Origin: Rhina ancylostomus
Lineage: Eukaryota
DNA length: 64,000 bases
Assembly: GCA_030265395.1 (NCBI GenBank)
Contig: JARFYF010000029.1
Location: 17,361,587 to 17,425,586 of the forward strand
Reading direction: 5' to 3'
Shown: piece after piece, positions 1-13,005 of the stretch
Numbering within the stretch: the first letter of the stretch is position 1
Layout: the number at the start of each line of letters is the position of its first letter
Made by a program: the position numbers and the translations under genes
The notes under the pieces: generated by a model
Told to the model about the DNA's origin: nothing
Seen by the model: only the letters and a program-made list of their open reading frames with translations
The model's database searches: none

Positions 1-800
1 TCCCTGATCGGTCCTACCCTCACTCTAGTCATCCTCCTATTCTTCACATACGTGTAGAACACCTTGGGGTTTTCCTTGATCCTATTGGCCAAGATCATCT
101 CATACCCCCCTTCTAGCTCTCCTACGTCCATTCTCTCTCTCCTGGCTATGTACTAACTCTGCAGAGCCCTGTCTGATCCTTGCTTTCTAAACGTTGGGCA
201 AGCTTCTTTCTTCCTCTTGACAAGATATTCTACGGCTCTTGTCAACCACGGTTCCTTACCCTGTCTCAATGGGACAAACCTATCCAGAACCCCATGCAGG
301 TCCTCGCTAAACAACCTCCACATCTCCACTGCGCACTTCCCCAAGAACATGTGTTCCCAATTTACGCTCCCATGTTCCTGCCTAATAGCATCATAATTCC
401 CCCTCCCTCAGTTAAATACTTTCCTATATCATCTACTCCTATCCCTCTCCAAGGCTATGGTAAAGGTCAAGGAGTTATGGCCACTGTCTCCAAAATGCTT
501 TCCCACCAAGAGATCTGAAACCTAATCAGGCTCATTGCCTAGTACCAGGTCCAGTATGGTTTCTCCTCTTGTCGGCCTGTCCACGTACTGTGTCAGGAAT
601 CCTTCCTGGACACACCCAACAAACTCTGCCCCATCTATCCCCTTTACACTAAGGAGGTGCCAATCAATATTAGTGAAGTTGAAATCACCCATAACAACAA
701 CCCTGCTCTGTGGACTACTCCCAATAGAGTGATCACTCCCTTCCTGTTTCTGACTTCCACCCACACTGACTCAGTGGATGATCCCTCCAGGATGTCCTCC
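1..800 (-). mobile_element. CR1-type LINE ORF2 fragment (APE endonuclease C-terminal part), decayed
   Basis: ORF 522-764: VVVMGDFNFTNIDW...FVGCVQEGFLTQYVDRPTRGETILDLVLGNEP, the GDFN and LDLVL motifs of the CR1 endonuclease. Confidence 0.9.
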
Positions 801-1404
801 CTTTATTATAGCTCTTATTTGAAGATTTGTATTGTAAAACCACTGAAGGACTACTTTTTCTAGGTCACATAATAAAGACAGAAAAGCTCTGAGAAAAGCA
901 TTTTAAAAAGAAAAGTTAATGAGCTTAATCTGCAAGTGTAATTCTTTGTCTAATGTTTAAACAAAATAGTGAACTGCCATGGACAGATCCTGCAATGTTT
1001 ATCTCCAGAGCTGACAACATTTCCCCTTCCTTCACCTGTATAATATCAAATTATGAGAACTTGCACCAAAAATCAAGCTAACTGGACAGTAAAGTGTGTT
1101 TATAGACAACCGACATGAATTGGAATTATTACCTGGTGTCAGAGTGAACATCGTAGTTTGAATTAATAGGAAGATGTTGATGATCATTGTATTTCATGTG
1201 TATGCAATCACTTCAGTGCTATGCTGCATTGTGCTTTATGGCTTGCTCTATATCATCAGCCAATCGTATCCTCTTAAGTTTTGGGCACCATGGTTACAAC
1301 CATCAGACTGGCCACTGAGTCTTCAAGTTATGGTCTTCCCAGAAAAACTGGATGTTTGGGAGCAATTAACCTGAGTAAACAGCCATCCGATGTGGTTTAT
1401 CATG

Positions 1405-1765
1405 TGGGTGGCAGAGTTGCATAGCTGGTACAGCTTCTGCCTCACGGTGCCAGAGATCCAAGCTCAATCTGACCTTGGGTGCTGTCTGTGTGGAGTTTGC
1501 ACATTCGCCCTGTGACGACATGGGTTTCCTCTGGTGCTTGATTTTTTTTTGTAACATCCCCAAAGACATGGGTTAGTAGGTTAATTGTCCATTGCAAATT
1601 GCCCCTAATGTGTAGGTGAGTGATAGAACCTGGGAAAAATCAAAGGGAATGTGAGGATGATTAACAAAAAAGGATTAATGTAGGATGAGTGTGAGTAGGT
1701 GAATGATGGTCAGCACAGATTTGGTGGGCCAAGTGGCCCATTTCTGTGCTGTATCTCTCTGTGAC
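1405..1765 (+). mobile_element. tRNA-derived V-SINE (HE1-like) with CR1-type 3' tail
   Basis: tRNA-like head, V-domain GCTGTCTGTGTGGAGTTTGCACATTC...TGGGTTTCCTCTGGTGCT, tail GGGCCAAGTGGCCCATTTCTGTGCTGTATCTCT. Confidence 0.75.
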
Positions 1766-4700
1766 TCGACATTGGCAGAGGGATATGGCTTTTACTAAAA
1801 TGTTATGATTGCGTGTTAAGAAAGGTAATGAAATCAGCGAATACATCCTTTTTAACAACTGCATCTGATAAAAATAATAGTCACATGTAACTACTTATCT
1901 TATCTGGAAAATATAACTACAACTTGACTCAATTGGTAGCACTCATGCACTAGTTAGAAGGTCAGGAGTTCAAATTCCAGTCCAGGATTTTGCCACACAA
2001 TTTCACTGATATGTCGGTATACTTTTGATATCATATTGCAGCTGAACAGAGATGAATTAAAAATAAAAAAGAATTTTTGACCATTTTGGAGCAGAAGGCA
2101 AATGAAAATTAGTGTAAAAAATAAGTACATTCAACGTGATGTTATTTTGGCACTAGTCCCAATCCTGGATTGAAGGATCTCTATCTGCCATAAAAAGTTA
2201 TACTCCAAATTAGGGCTCCACTTATCTCTCACTGGGTGATATCACCTGTATCATGGGGGATGCAGGAGTTCTCTACAGAGTTCCAACTAGGGCAGATTGG
2301 AAATGTGGACATTGATATTGAAAAACAGGGACAAATGTATTTACTTTGGTTCAAGAAGGTCAGGGGTGAAGTGGGGTTTTTTGCAGTACCACAGATGCAA
2401 TACCTGAGCTTCTGAGAGGCAGTGACAAGTGGGTACTGGGGATGCTTGTCCCTGCTTTCCTGATAGTTATCATCAGGAAACCTGATGGTTTCCCCTTTTC
2501 CACTACTCACTCTGCTGGGTTATGCCCAAACATCAGGGTGTATTTATTGGAACTTGCAGACTTTTGGTTTCCTAATGTTTCCAAGAGAAACAAAGAAATA
2601 TTCATTCCTGAGAAGTGACACAGAATGTGCATCTCCAAAAGAACTAAAAGAAAGAAAACAGTGTTTACTGACACTGTATATGAAACGAAAATATGTTCTA
2701 AAAAGGTCTTGAGTATGGAGGAAACATGATTCCCCAAGTTGTTGAACCAGAAGTCTGAAGTTGTGGCAGGCAGCTAATTCAGATGTTGCAGGTCACCATT
2801 AATTATGTGCATTGTGAAAGTAGAGATAAACTGAACATATAGATATTCAAAGATATATTCCAGGAAATAATATGAAAGAAGAAAGGTACAATATTGCCTC
2901 TCCCTGCAGAGTTTGTCTTTAGAAAAGCAGAGAGATGGTTAACCACTGAACAAGAACACATCTACATTTGATAAGCACATAAACCGTCAAGCCAAGCAGC
3001 AAGAGACACTTGTTTAAGTGCCAGGAGAAGCACGTAATCTGTTCAAGGCATTTGAAGAAATTAGCCAATCTTTTTTTCTTCTAATTTCTTTGCAATTAAC
3101 CTGCAGGTTTTATTTTTACATGGGAAGGAATCATTAAGATGCAAGCTCATCTACATGAAGTAATTGCACAGCAGAGCACCTTTTAACTCCAGGGTTTTCC
3201 AAGAGTAGCTGTAACAATAAGAGTTAAGTTATGTCACTAGCTCTCGAATTTTAACAGATTTAAAAAAAGGCAGGGAACAGTTAAAATTACAAGGACAACA
3301 CCCTTCTGAATTAGATACTAAAGTGCTCACCAACGAAAACAAACCAAGAAGTGCTATTTGCCAATTTGTAATACTTAAGATAAAAAGTGCAAAAGAGATC
3401 ACCTGAATTATAATGAAGCCTAAATAGTACCAAAGAATATGATAAATTTAGAAAATAAGAAATTCTTAGAATTCTTTCATGCGATGGGAAAAAGGAATGA
3501 ATGCTAGTAAAAACAAAACAGCAAATGAATCACTTCTTGCAAATAGATACTGAAGATCATGTGATCAAACTGAAATTCTTACAGAAAGATAGTAGAGCCA
3601 CCAGTTGTAAAGAAGATTGAGCTTTGGGTTATACACAACGTAAAACAGAAGTGACACAACCAAAGCAGTCCATAGTCTACAAACCACACAATAGAACAGA
3701 TTAGTAGAGAAGTCTAAAGCAAACATCATGGAACAGCAAACCAGAACGAAAGCCAGCCAAACAACAGCAATCCTAAACAGAAACAACATCTAATACCAAA
3801 AAGAATATGGCATGTATCCTAGCAACAAAGAATAACAGTGGGAAAACCACATTAAGTGATTTTATTTAGTAGTGACTTTGTGGTTATTTTAACTATTTGC
3901 ATTGGAGCCATGTCCAGACTGATGAGTTGACTTTAATGCACAGCCTTTGTTCCCTTCTGAGAAGGGAGACATATGACTATGGAATTAAAGCCTGATACTC
4001 ATGTGAATCACAAAATGAGCCCTAGCTGGTCTCTTTAATTGTTTTATGAAACCCAGCTTTGGCGTAAGATGGCTGTACAGTAAAGACCATATTTCATCTC
4101 TCTGAATGTAGCATGTTACAGGAGGTTGTGAGTGGTGGGTAGAGAAGGTCTCAAAGAACAATCCTTATATGCCTCTTCCCTTGCCTTTTATTTTTCATCT
4201 TTTATTTTCTTCTGTTCCAAATGGTTTCTACTCCTGTATTAAGAGTTATTATGGACACTGGTACTACCGATACTTCACACAGTACATCCCATTCTATGTC
4301 CTTACAACTTTGCATAAATTATAATTAACCATATCCCTTCAATTCTCTGATGATTTTACTGATTAGTTACTGATTCTGTAAGCAGTAAAAATAGCTTACA
4401 GTTCTGAACCACTCTATATTATCCTGTTAACTTTTTCACTTCTCACTCTTCTCTGTGAGTTGATTAGCTGTTCAACACTGAGTGTTCTGTAACAATAGAT
4501 ATTACAAACTGCATTTGGGGTGGATGGTAGCTTTATGGAGCAGAGAAGGTACGTTGTGCATCTGCCCACAGAGAAGTTAGCCTTGCCCATAAAGTAGAAC
4601 CAGCTTGTTGTAATATTTAAATCTCCCCATCTTGTACCTTGTTAGTGTGTATTGGAATGGTACAGAGTTTCCAGAAGTGACGTCTAATCGTGCCAGAACT

Positions 4701-5659
4701 TTGCAGGTAATTTTCTTCGGGAATAGTGTGGGAGGGAGGTTGGGAGCAGTAGAAGGAAGGAGGGTAATGACAGCAGCAGGCCATGGTTTTTGAAGTCAAC
4801 TTTCACAAAAATATGAGATGGCCATATTTTTCCCCTAAAGGATTCCAAATGAATTATATTCATCTGGAAAGATTGTTTGGGTGTTCAATTGCTTTATGTA
4901 GAAACACACATCCATTAAACATGAGGCCTGGAGTGACTTTGGAAACAGTTTAAGGATTGACTCCTATCAGATTACATGGCAGCAGTTTCCTTTTAGACAA
5001 TCTGAGAATCAGCTTTATGCCTGATAATTTAGGGTGCTCCAGCCAAAGGACTGTACACATGGTACAGATAGCAACACCAATCACAAATAAATTCAAGCAC
5101 TTCCTGATGGGAAAACAGCAAAATGGGCAGGTGAAGGGATGCGCCTCTCGACAGACTAACAGCAGCTTTGTTAGAGAACATAGAACAAAGCTCTGAAAAA
5201 ATTTGGCCACAAATTAATATTTATTGCAGGAAGTTTAATGGGCAAGTAAAGCCTATGAAGGGAAATATCACAATAACTATAGGCAGTTTTGGACTAATAC
5301 TTCTCTAGGTCATGGGGATAGGCTTATAATATCTTTAGTACAAGTCCTTCATCTATGATGGGGAAAAATCTCAATTATGTTCACTTTTTAAATTATGGAG
5401 ACATGCTACTGGTAGACTGCTCCTTGTCTACATAGAAGGAGAATGTATTTTAGATTAGTTAACATTGGTTTGTGGATTGTTATAAGGAATAAAACAGAAG
5501 TAGTTCCTAATGCCTGTTCTTCCATTCAGTAAGATCAGGGCATTTATTGAGCACAGGTTCCTTATGATTCAATAGTGTAGAGAAACTGTAGCCCAAATGA
5601 ACAAAGTAATGGATATATTTAATAGAAGCCCTCAGTATGAATGCAAGGATGTAATTTTG

Positions 5660-6110
5660 ACTCCCATATGGCTCAGTGTTCAGACTGTGTTCAAAGTTCT
5701 TTGCCTGTTTTTGGTTTCCTCACATAGAGAATAATAGAGGGAAAAGTCTAATGCAGAACCATTAGAGTGATTCATATCATAAAGCAATACTCAGAAAGGA
5801 TCAAGAACCTTGTCTTATTTATTTCTGAGCAGCATCAACTTAGAGGTGATCCAAAAGAGTCTATAAAATAATTAAAGGGCTGGATAGAGTTCCTAGTTTG
5901 ATTTTTTTAATATATATATATACCAGCTTAACAGACAAGGGAGGAGCAGAAGATAGATTAAACCAAGTATGAGTAAGTATAGACTGGATGTTAGACAACA
6001 TATGGAGTACTTCCTATAGAATTAAGAGTCTCTGGAATACAGTATTGTCTGGTGTGGTTGGTGACGATTTCTTACATGATTTGAAGAGGAACCTGGACCA
6101 CTTCTGAACC
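5660..6110 (+). mobile_element. Old CR1-type LINE 3' ORF2 remnant
   Basis: CTTAGAGGTGATCC...TATAAAATAATTAAAGGGCTGGATAGAGT (LRGD..YKIIKGLDR-like) and CTCTGGAAT motif. Confidence 0.6.
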
Positions 6111-8189
6111 TGGACCATATAAAGGTAAGAATTTTTATAGGTAACATGCAGTTTCAATTTCTCGAGTGGATCAAAGGATAACTTTTTGTAGCAAATTTTC
6201 CTCATTGATTCTGAAATTTTTTAAATTTCCTAAATATTACATGATTCCAGAAGTGAATGCAAGGTGAAGCGGGAAAAGTGTGTAGCCTTGAAGGTTCTGT
6301 GTCCATGAAGTCACACAGGCTTAATGGAGTAGCTAGTCTTTTCCTGTTTAACAAATCTGGATGTTCCAACATAATACTACGTCGGTGTTTTCTTCCAATG
6401 CAGTACAAAAGTATGGCTACTTAGACTTCAATCTTGCATTCAAATCTTGAAGTTTAAGCATCATACTGGCTGCTGTAATACACGTCACATTTGAATACTT
6501 TTATTTCCCTCATTAATAACTAGTTAATTTCTAAGATAAAATTAGTATTCAGACTATAAAATTTATAGACCTAATTATTTATTATCATACCTTGGGTTCA
6601 TGTCTGTTCATCCAGTGCCATGAATGTTTCTGTCTGGATTTCCCCTCTTACACTTGTATTTGATCCTCCCTCTCCATATGTCTCCTTTTGTTCCCTTCAG
6701 GCCTGACTTGTTCTGTATGTCTATACATTTCTGGTTCCTTGACACTCCCAGCTGTCAAATATTCCCTTTCCTCTGAGAAAACTAGAGAGTGGCAGAAGAA
6801 GACAAGCATAATGTAGACTCCAAGCACCAATAAAATTTCACTAGTTGAAGTTTTACACTCATTTTGTGCAGTTAGGTCTTCAGTGTTTTAGAATTTAAAG
6901 AACCATTCAAATCAAATAGGTGTCTAGTACTCAATTTGTATGGATCAATGGAAAAATACAACCTACATTTATCGGCATAAATCATTATAAATTATGGTTG
7001 TCAAATCGGTGCTGTCTTTAAATGGATCCATGCACTTTTCCCCTTCCTCCTGAGGGTTAAGCCTCATTGCAATGCCACTTTTGAGAATGCCAGCATAAAC
7101 TGTAGGTGGGGCTGCACAGATTTCTCCACATAGATTCCTGCAACTATCCCCATTTTTGACAGTCTTCTTTCAAACTGCAGTGCAAACCCTGGAAAACAAA
7201 TATGTCACTTAGGTGAAACAGTATAAAATAATCTTACATCATAAACTTATCTGGACCATAAAAAGAATGGGCATATTCAATCCATATCTTCAGGAATAAA
7301 TACAGTGGTTTGGATCACAGTACTGACTTGAATTTTAAATGGAACCTGAATGTGAGTAACATGAATTAAATATCCATTCAACAGAAATAACTGATATTTT
7401 ACGTATCAGTGTCAACCACCTTTAAATGTGGCTGTGGCCTGCTATGATTATACCAAAAGCACATCAAAAACTAATTGTTTCTCTGAAAAAAACATACATT
7501 CTTTCAGACTGAAGATATAGACTTTGTTATCACAAGTCAGTGGAAACAACTTTCCTGATACTGCAGTGGGTAAATGCAACACCTGTCGAGTTACTGCGCT
7601 AAACATGAATTACCAGGTTTGAGTCCCAGTTTACTAAATTAATTAGTCTGAAATGAGATGCCACAATTGTATTCCAGGGCTTTTGGAAAGACAATGGACA
7701 GTAGTGTGAGCTGCTGTTCTGTTCTGTTCATCATCTCTGTCCAGCGATCCCTGTTGTAAAGTGCACATGTTGACATTAGGTTCATACTTAGCAGTTATGC
7801 ATGGTCAAATAACTCACTGACCCTAGTACTAGAAACTGGATTGCTGCCTGTCACTGCGGGACCATTCCACTCAAGAGGAGGGAGTTAATTCACTCACCAT
7901 TAATTATGTTGTTTAACAACCTTGTGATAGCACTGAGTTTGGGCTTGAGACAAAATGTAAATATATCGTGATATATAATAAATTCTATTTGTACTGTAAG
8001 TGCATTTGTATCAGTAACAAACATTTGAAAGTGGAAACAGCAAGGAAATCAGTGGCAAATATTCCTGCAAGATTTAAGTATGAGAAAACAAGTTACTTGA
8101 TCTCTAATTTGTTCCCTGTGGTTAACCCAGCATTATAACTTTTCTTAGACTGAATTTTACCGTTACCTCACTTCCTATTCAAAAACATT

Positions 8190-9180
8190 ACACAGCACTA
8201 CTAACAAAGCAATGTGTTTCAAGCCATTTCACAAAAATGTTATCAGATAAAATTTGATGCAAACATAAGGGTTCATTATGATAGTTGGCCAGAAGCTTAC
8301 TCAAAGGAGGAGGTTACAAGGAGTATCTTAAGTAAGAATGTCAAAGAGGTTAGTGAAGGGAATTCCAGAACTTAAAACCTTGGCAGCTGAAACACATATG
8401 TCAGTCTATGATTAAATTCAGGAATGATCAAGAGGCCAGAAGTAGGGAAATGCAGATTTCTCAGAGGGTTATGGAATAGAGGGAGATTGCAGGAGATATA
8501 AGGTGGGGCAAGGCCATTGATTTGAAAACATGGGCCCAGTATAAAAATTTTTAATAGGCACTGCTTAACCCAAGACCAAACTAAGGCAGCAACAACATAG
8601 TAGAGGGTACTTGGTAGGAGTTAAGATACAGACAGCAAAGCTTTCTATGATTTCAAACATGCAAGGATAAAATGGGGAAGGTCAAAAAAGTTTGTGAAAT
8701 ACCTCAAGAGATAACAAAGGAATGGATGAGGATTATACTAGCAAATGAGTTTAGACTGGGCTGGAGTCATCAATGTTGCAGAGGTGGAAATAGATGGTCT
8801 TGCTGATCAAGAAACAATCTGCTGGATGAACTCAGCAGGTCAAGCAGCATCTGATTTGTTGATGTTTCGGGTTGAAACCCCACATCAGTACCCTGAGTCC
8901 TAATGCAGAGTTTTGACCCTAAACGTCGACAATTCCTCAATTCCTTTCCTCACGCTGAAGCTGGTCAACCCGCTGAGTTCCTCCAGCATCTGCAGTGTCT
9001 TGCGTCTCCTGGTCTCACTGATCTGCTTGGTATGTGATCCATAGCTCACCACATAGTTGGTTGTGGCACCAAGGTGGTAAACAGTTTGGTTCAGTCTCCA
9101 AGGTAGAAAAATCACAAGCAAAATAATGGAGTTTGTGGTGTTGACCAAAATCAATGGCTTTAGTCTCCCCCATTTAAACG
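8190..9180 (-). mobile_element. Decayed L2-type LINE 3' portion, interrupted by a foldback element at ~8809-9009
   Basis: Plus-strand GAAGGGAATTCCAGA...GGCAGCTGAA...CAAGAGGCCAGAA...GCAAGGCCATTGATTTGAAAAC resembles the antisense of vertebrate L2 3' ends. Confidence 0.55.
8809..9009. mobile_element. Short Penelope-derived inverted-repeat (foldback) element with two hammerhead-like motifs
   Basis: Left arm CTGCTGGATGAACTCAGCAGGTCAAGCAGCATCTG...GATGTTTCGGGTTGAAACCC is inverted relative to right arm GAGTTTTGACCCTAAACGTCGAC...GCTGAGTTCCTCCAGCA. Same termini as the GIY-YIG-bearing element at 21036-21932. Confidence 0.75.
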
Positions 9181-11499
9181 TCACAGTCTATGCAATCCAA
9201 GTATTACTTTCCTGTCTCAAATTTACTCCATGTTTACTGTTATTTGAAAACAAGTCACACCAGATATAACATGCAAATATGTCACAAATTGAATGACTCC
9301 AGAAATCAGGTACTTCCACGTCATCATTTTCTATTGTTGACTTAACATAAGCTCCAAAGGTTCTATTTTCATTTTGGTAATTTTACTACAAATATAGAAA
9401 TATGCTGAAAGAAAGACTGGCTTAAAGTCACATTTACTCTTTTTGTTACAATTCTGAATTTCTGAATCACTCAAGTAACTAACCTCCACTGGCGCTAGAT
9501 AACCTTCTTGTATGCTTCCCACTTATTCAGTTGACCCAGTAGTTATTTCTTTTCTCTCCCAAGCTATCCTGGTAATCTTCTGGTTATCAAGTTACTGACT
9601 CACTTTGGTAACATCACAATTACTGAAAATGTTTCTTTGATTTATATTTTATAGTAGGCACACCCTACTTGGTATGCATGATCTGTAATGCTAGCTCTGT
9701 ACTTTGATTCCCGGATCACGAAATAACCATGCAGTAGTGAATTTGTTACACATGAACTCGGGTCCAGAATGTTGTGGCAATCCTTGCGGATGATAATTAA
9801 AGACAGCCCAATATTGTGAAAAAGAGGATGATTTACCATGTATTTGTATTTCAACTGACAATTTATTCTATTTATATCCTTTTGAACTACTGAACTTGCC
9901 AGTGCACTATTCCTTAACTTCCACTTTGAAAAGCAACACCCGTGTTACGGGGGGGGGGGGGGGGGTTTTTATTCCTAGAAAATGGGCTGTATANNNNNNN
10001 NNNNNNNNNNNNNNNNNNNNNNNNNNNNNNNNNNNNNNNNNNNNNNNNNNNNNNNNNNNNNNNNNNNNNNNNNNNNNNNNNNACAAATTCTGTGAGAGTG
10101 AATTTTATTCCGAATATCAGATATTTGGGTAGTGATTTGTGAATTCTGAAAGGGCAAATTTCTGTAACCTTAATGGCCGTAATACAGGAGCTTGTATTAA
10201 TAAAACCCACAAATGTGAAGATACTAGGCTGTGAGGCTACTAATATTTTCCCCCATTTCTCTTTCTCCTTCCTCACCATTTTTAAAACCGTTTTTCGTCG
10301 ACCACCGTTCCTCAATTTCTCACTTCAACTGTCAAATGGGAGCCCTTGGCACTGTTCCTTCTGAGCTGACCTTCCTTATAAAGAATTACTTAATCTTAAT
10401 CTTTCTTGCCTTGAGGATCTCACATTAGTGCATTACAATGTACTAGAACACCAAATTCTGCCATGCCTGCATTGCAAATTGTAGGGAAATATCCACTGTA
10501 TGTTTGAAAATTATATTCTTTTTAAAAGTCACTCCCTTTGGTTTTCAGATCTACTGTTTCAAAATTCTTATCAGCATTTATAGCAATTAATAAAAAACAA
10601 GAGAGTAAAGGATTTAATGTTTCCAGTTAATAACCATTGTATTCTGATGACCTGAAATCCTAAATTTCTCTTTCCTAAGGTACTGCCTGACTCGCAGAGC
10701 ATTTTCAAATATTCACCATCTGCAGAAATTTTGCTTTTATATCACAAGAATATTGTGTTGCCATAGTTAACTATATATTTCTTCTCTGACAATCAGCCTA
10801 GTGAAAATACTCATTTAAATAAAATGACCTATATTCAAATGACAAAAAACAAGAATATGAAACAGTTTATTTGGCTGGTTAACTTAATACCTTTCATGAA
10901 TGGTTAACATTTGTTCTACGAAGGTGACTGGACTTCTTAAAAAAAACATGGCAGCCAGGTAGTTGGCAATCTCTCTAATTAGAGCAGACATGAAAACAAT
11001 TGAAAGCCCTGCCTAATTAGTGCTGGAATCAACAACATTTTTGGAAAATCATGCCCTCTTAATAAATTAGAAAATGTTGGCTCGTCAGTAGGGTTGCATA
11101 GAAGCTTATTTCTACAAACAAGGTAATGATTTTTCCCCCATTTCATATTAACCATTCTATTCAGTTTTCAAATTATGCTAAAGAGATCTAGTGGCAATTG
11201 AAGAAGAATAATCTCAATAATTTAAAAAAAAGCTGAAATCACTAAGCCTAGGATGCTAAAAATATATTTCAATATTCATTTTAAGAACAGGAAAAGTAAC
11301 AATGCATGGTGCATTTTGTATACCAGTTAACCATTTGTACTGTGGCCAGAGCAATTCCACTGGATAATTAGTACTTTAAGCACATGCACACACCTCCTCA
11401 ATTTGATTTCAGCATTACATATAATTGTCCTCACCCTGTAAAATGCATTATGGTATAACTGTAAAAAGAATGATTTTTCATTTTCTTATGACAACAGGG

Positions 11500-11870
11500 T
11501 GCACTCAGCCCTTTGATTCTATGTCGGCTCTTAGTGCAAGCTCATCAATCCCATTCCACTTACCCTTGCAATCTATTCTCTCTCTCATGCCTTTAAACTT
11601 CCTGATTCTCCTGCCACAGGGACAATGTGCACACTCCACACAGACAGCATCAAAGGCCAGGTTCAAACACAGGTTGCCAGAGCTGTAAGACACCGGCAGT
11701 ACTGATAGAGGCAGATTCAGTTTTCAGTAGGAGTTGTATCAGTATCTGAAAGGAAAGAACTTGCAGAGCAATGAGGAGAAAATGGGGAAGTGGGTCCAAC
11801 TGGATTGTAGTTCCATGGAGCTGATACAGACTCAACAAGCCAAATGCTATAACCATTCTGTAATTTGATA
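11500..11870. mobile_element. V-SINE fragment (minus, ~11500-11705) abutting a CR1 3' tail (plus, ~11725-11870)
   Basis: GTGCACACTCCACACAGACAGCA is the reverse complement of the V-domain seen at 1481-1505; followed by a CR1-like 3' end. Confidence 0.6.
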
Positions 11871-12869
11871 GGTAATATCTCCTCTAATGTAACACAGCTT
11901 TCACAAACGCTATTATTATGACCAGGTTTATTCCCAGCATCATAGAATGCCATTAATTGTCAAATAAAATATGAATTGCATGTAGATTAATTTTGGAATT
12001 CAGATCTCCTCAAAATACTGATACTGTAATATCAATCTNNNNNNNNNNAAAAATTGTTAATCTGACAAGATTGACTTTGTTGCATTTCAATGGTCAGAAT
12101 CTGCACTGTTTTAAATGTGGGATAAGATCTTTGCACAAATAGCACTACAATCCCATCAGTTATCTTCTGTCTTCTGTAATTAAGGAGTGGTTGCACATCT
12201 AATACATTTTGCTAACTCTGAATCCACTTTGGATAATGAAGATTGACCAACCTGAAGCCCCTCTGTAAAGCAGCTTGTGGGTAGCTTTAGATACCACAAT
12301 CTGCTCACTGCCACGTCAGTTGTCATGTTCCCCTTTCATTCACAATAATAACCTGTAGTGGTTGCAAGTTGCCCTGATGCATTTCTGGTGTTAATGGTCA
12401 TTTTTAAAAAGCACACAGAAATTTTCATTAGGAAATGACTGTTTAGCAGAAATAATTATTAGCAATGGATAGGTTTGCACAATCTGGTTTGTTATTTGGT
12501 GGTGAGGTAACATCATCACCAAAGTAAGCAAATTTTAAATGATTTGGCATATTTCTGAGGACTCAAGCCTGCCTTGGGCATAAATGCCCTTTTTTAGCTG
12601 ATCCTCAGTCAGTAGCCGACATGTGCATAAAAATGTCAGCCATTTTCTTTCCTTTTAGAATAGATGTCCTGTATTATTTACTGCAATTATCCTCATTCTG
12701 AAAATACAGAATTAAGATCTAATTTCAAAAGTGCATGAATTAGATGTGATGGAAGATTTGAAATAGGTGCACTTTAAATAAATTTTCTAAAAATCCCAAA
12801 TAGATCACTTGCCTTAAATTTACAGGCTCTGAACATCACTAGAAGTGCCAGCATTTCTATTCCTAATTA

Positions 12870-13005
12870 CTACTTCCCATTTCCACCCTGAACTGCAGAG
12901 GCAGTTAAGAGTCAACTGCATTGATGAGTCTAGACACGCATAGGCCAGACTGGATAAAGGTGATACTTCTTCCCTAAGGCCATTAGCTAGCCAGATGGAG
13001 TTGAA
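12870..13005 (-). mobile_element. Fragment of the SINE family seen at 41370-41735
   Basis: GAGGCAGTTAAGAGTCAAC...ATAGGCCAGACTGGATAAAGG...CTTCCCTAAGGCCATTAG is the reverse complement of the core at 41560-41650. Confidence 0.6.
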
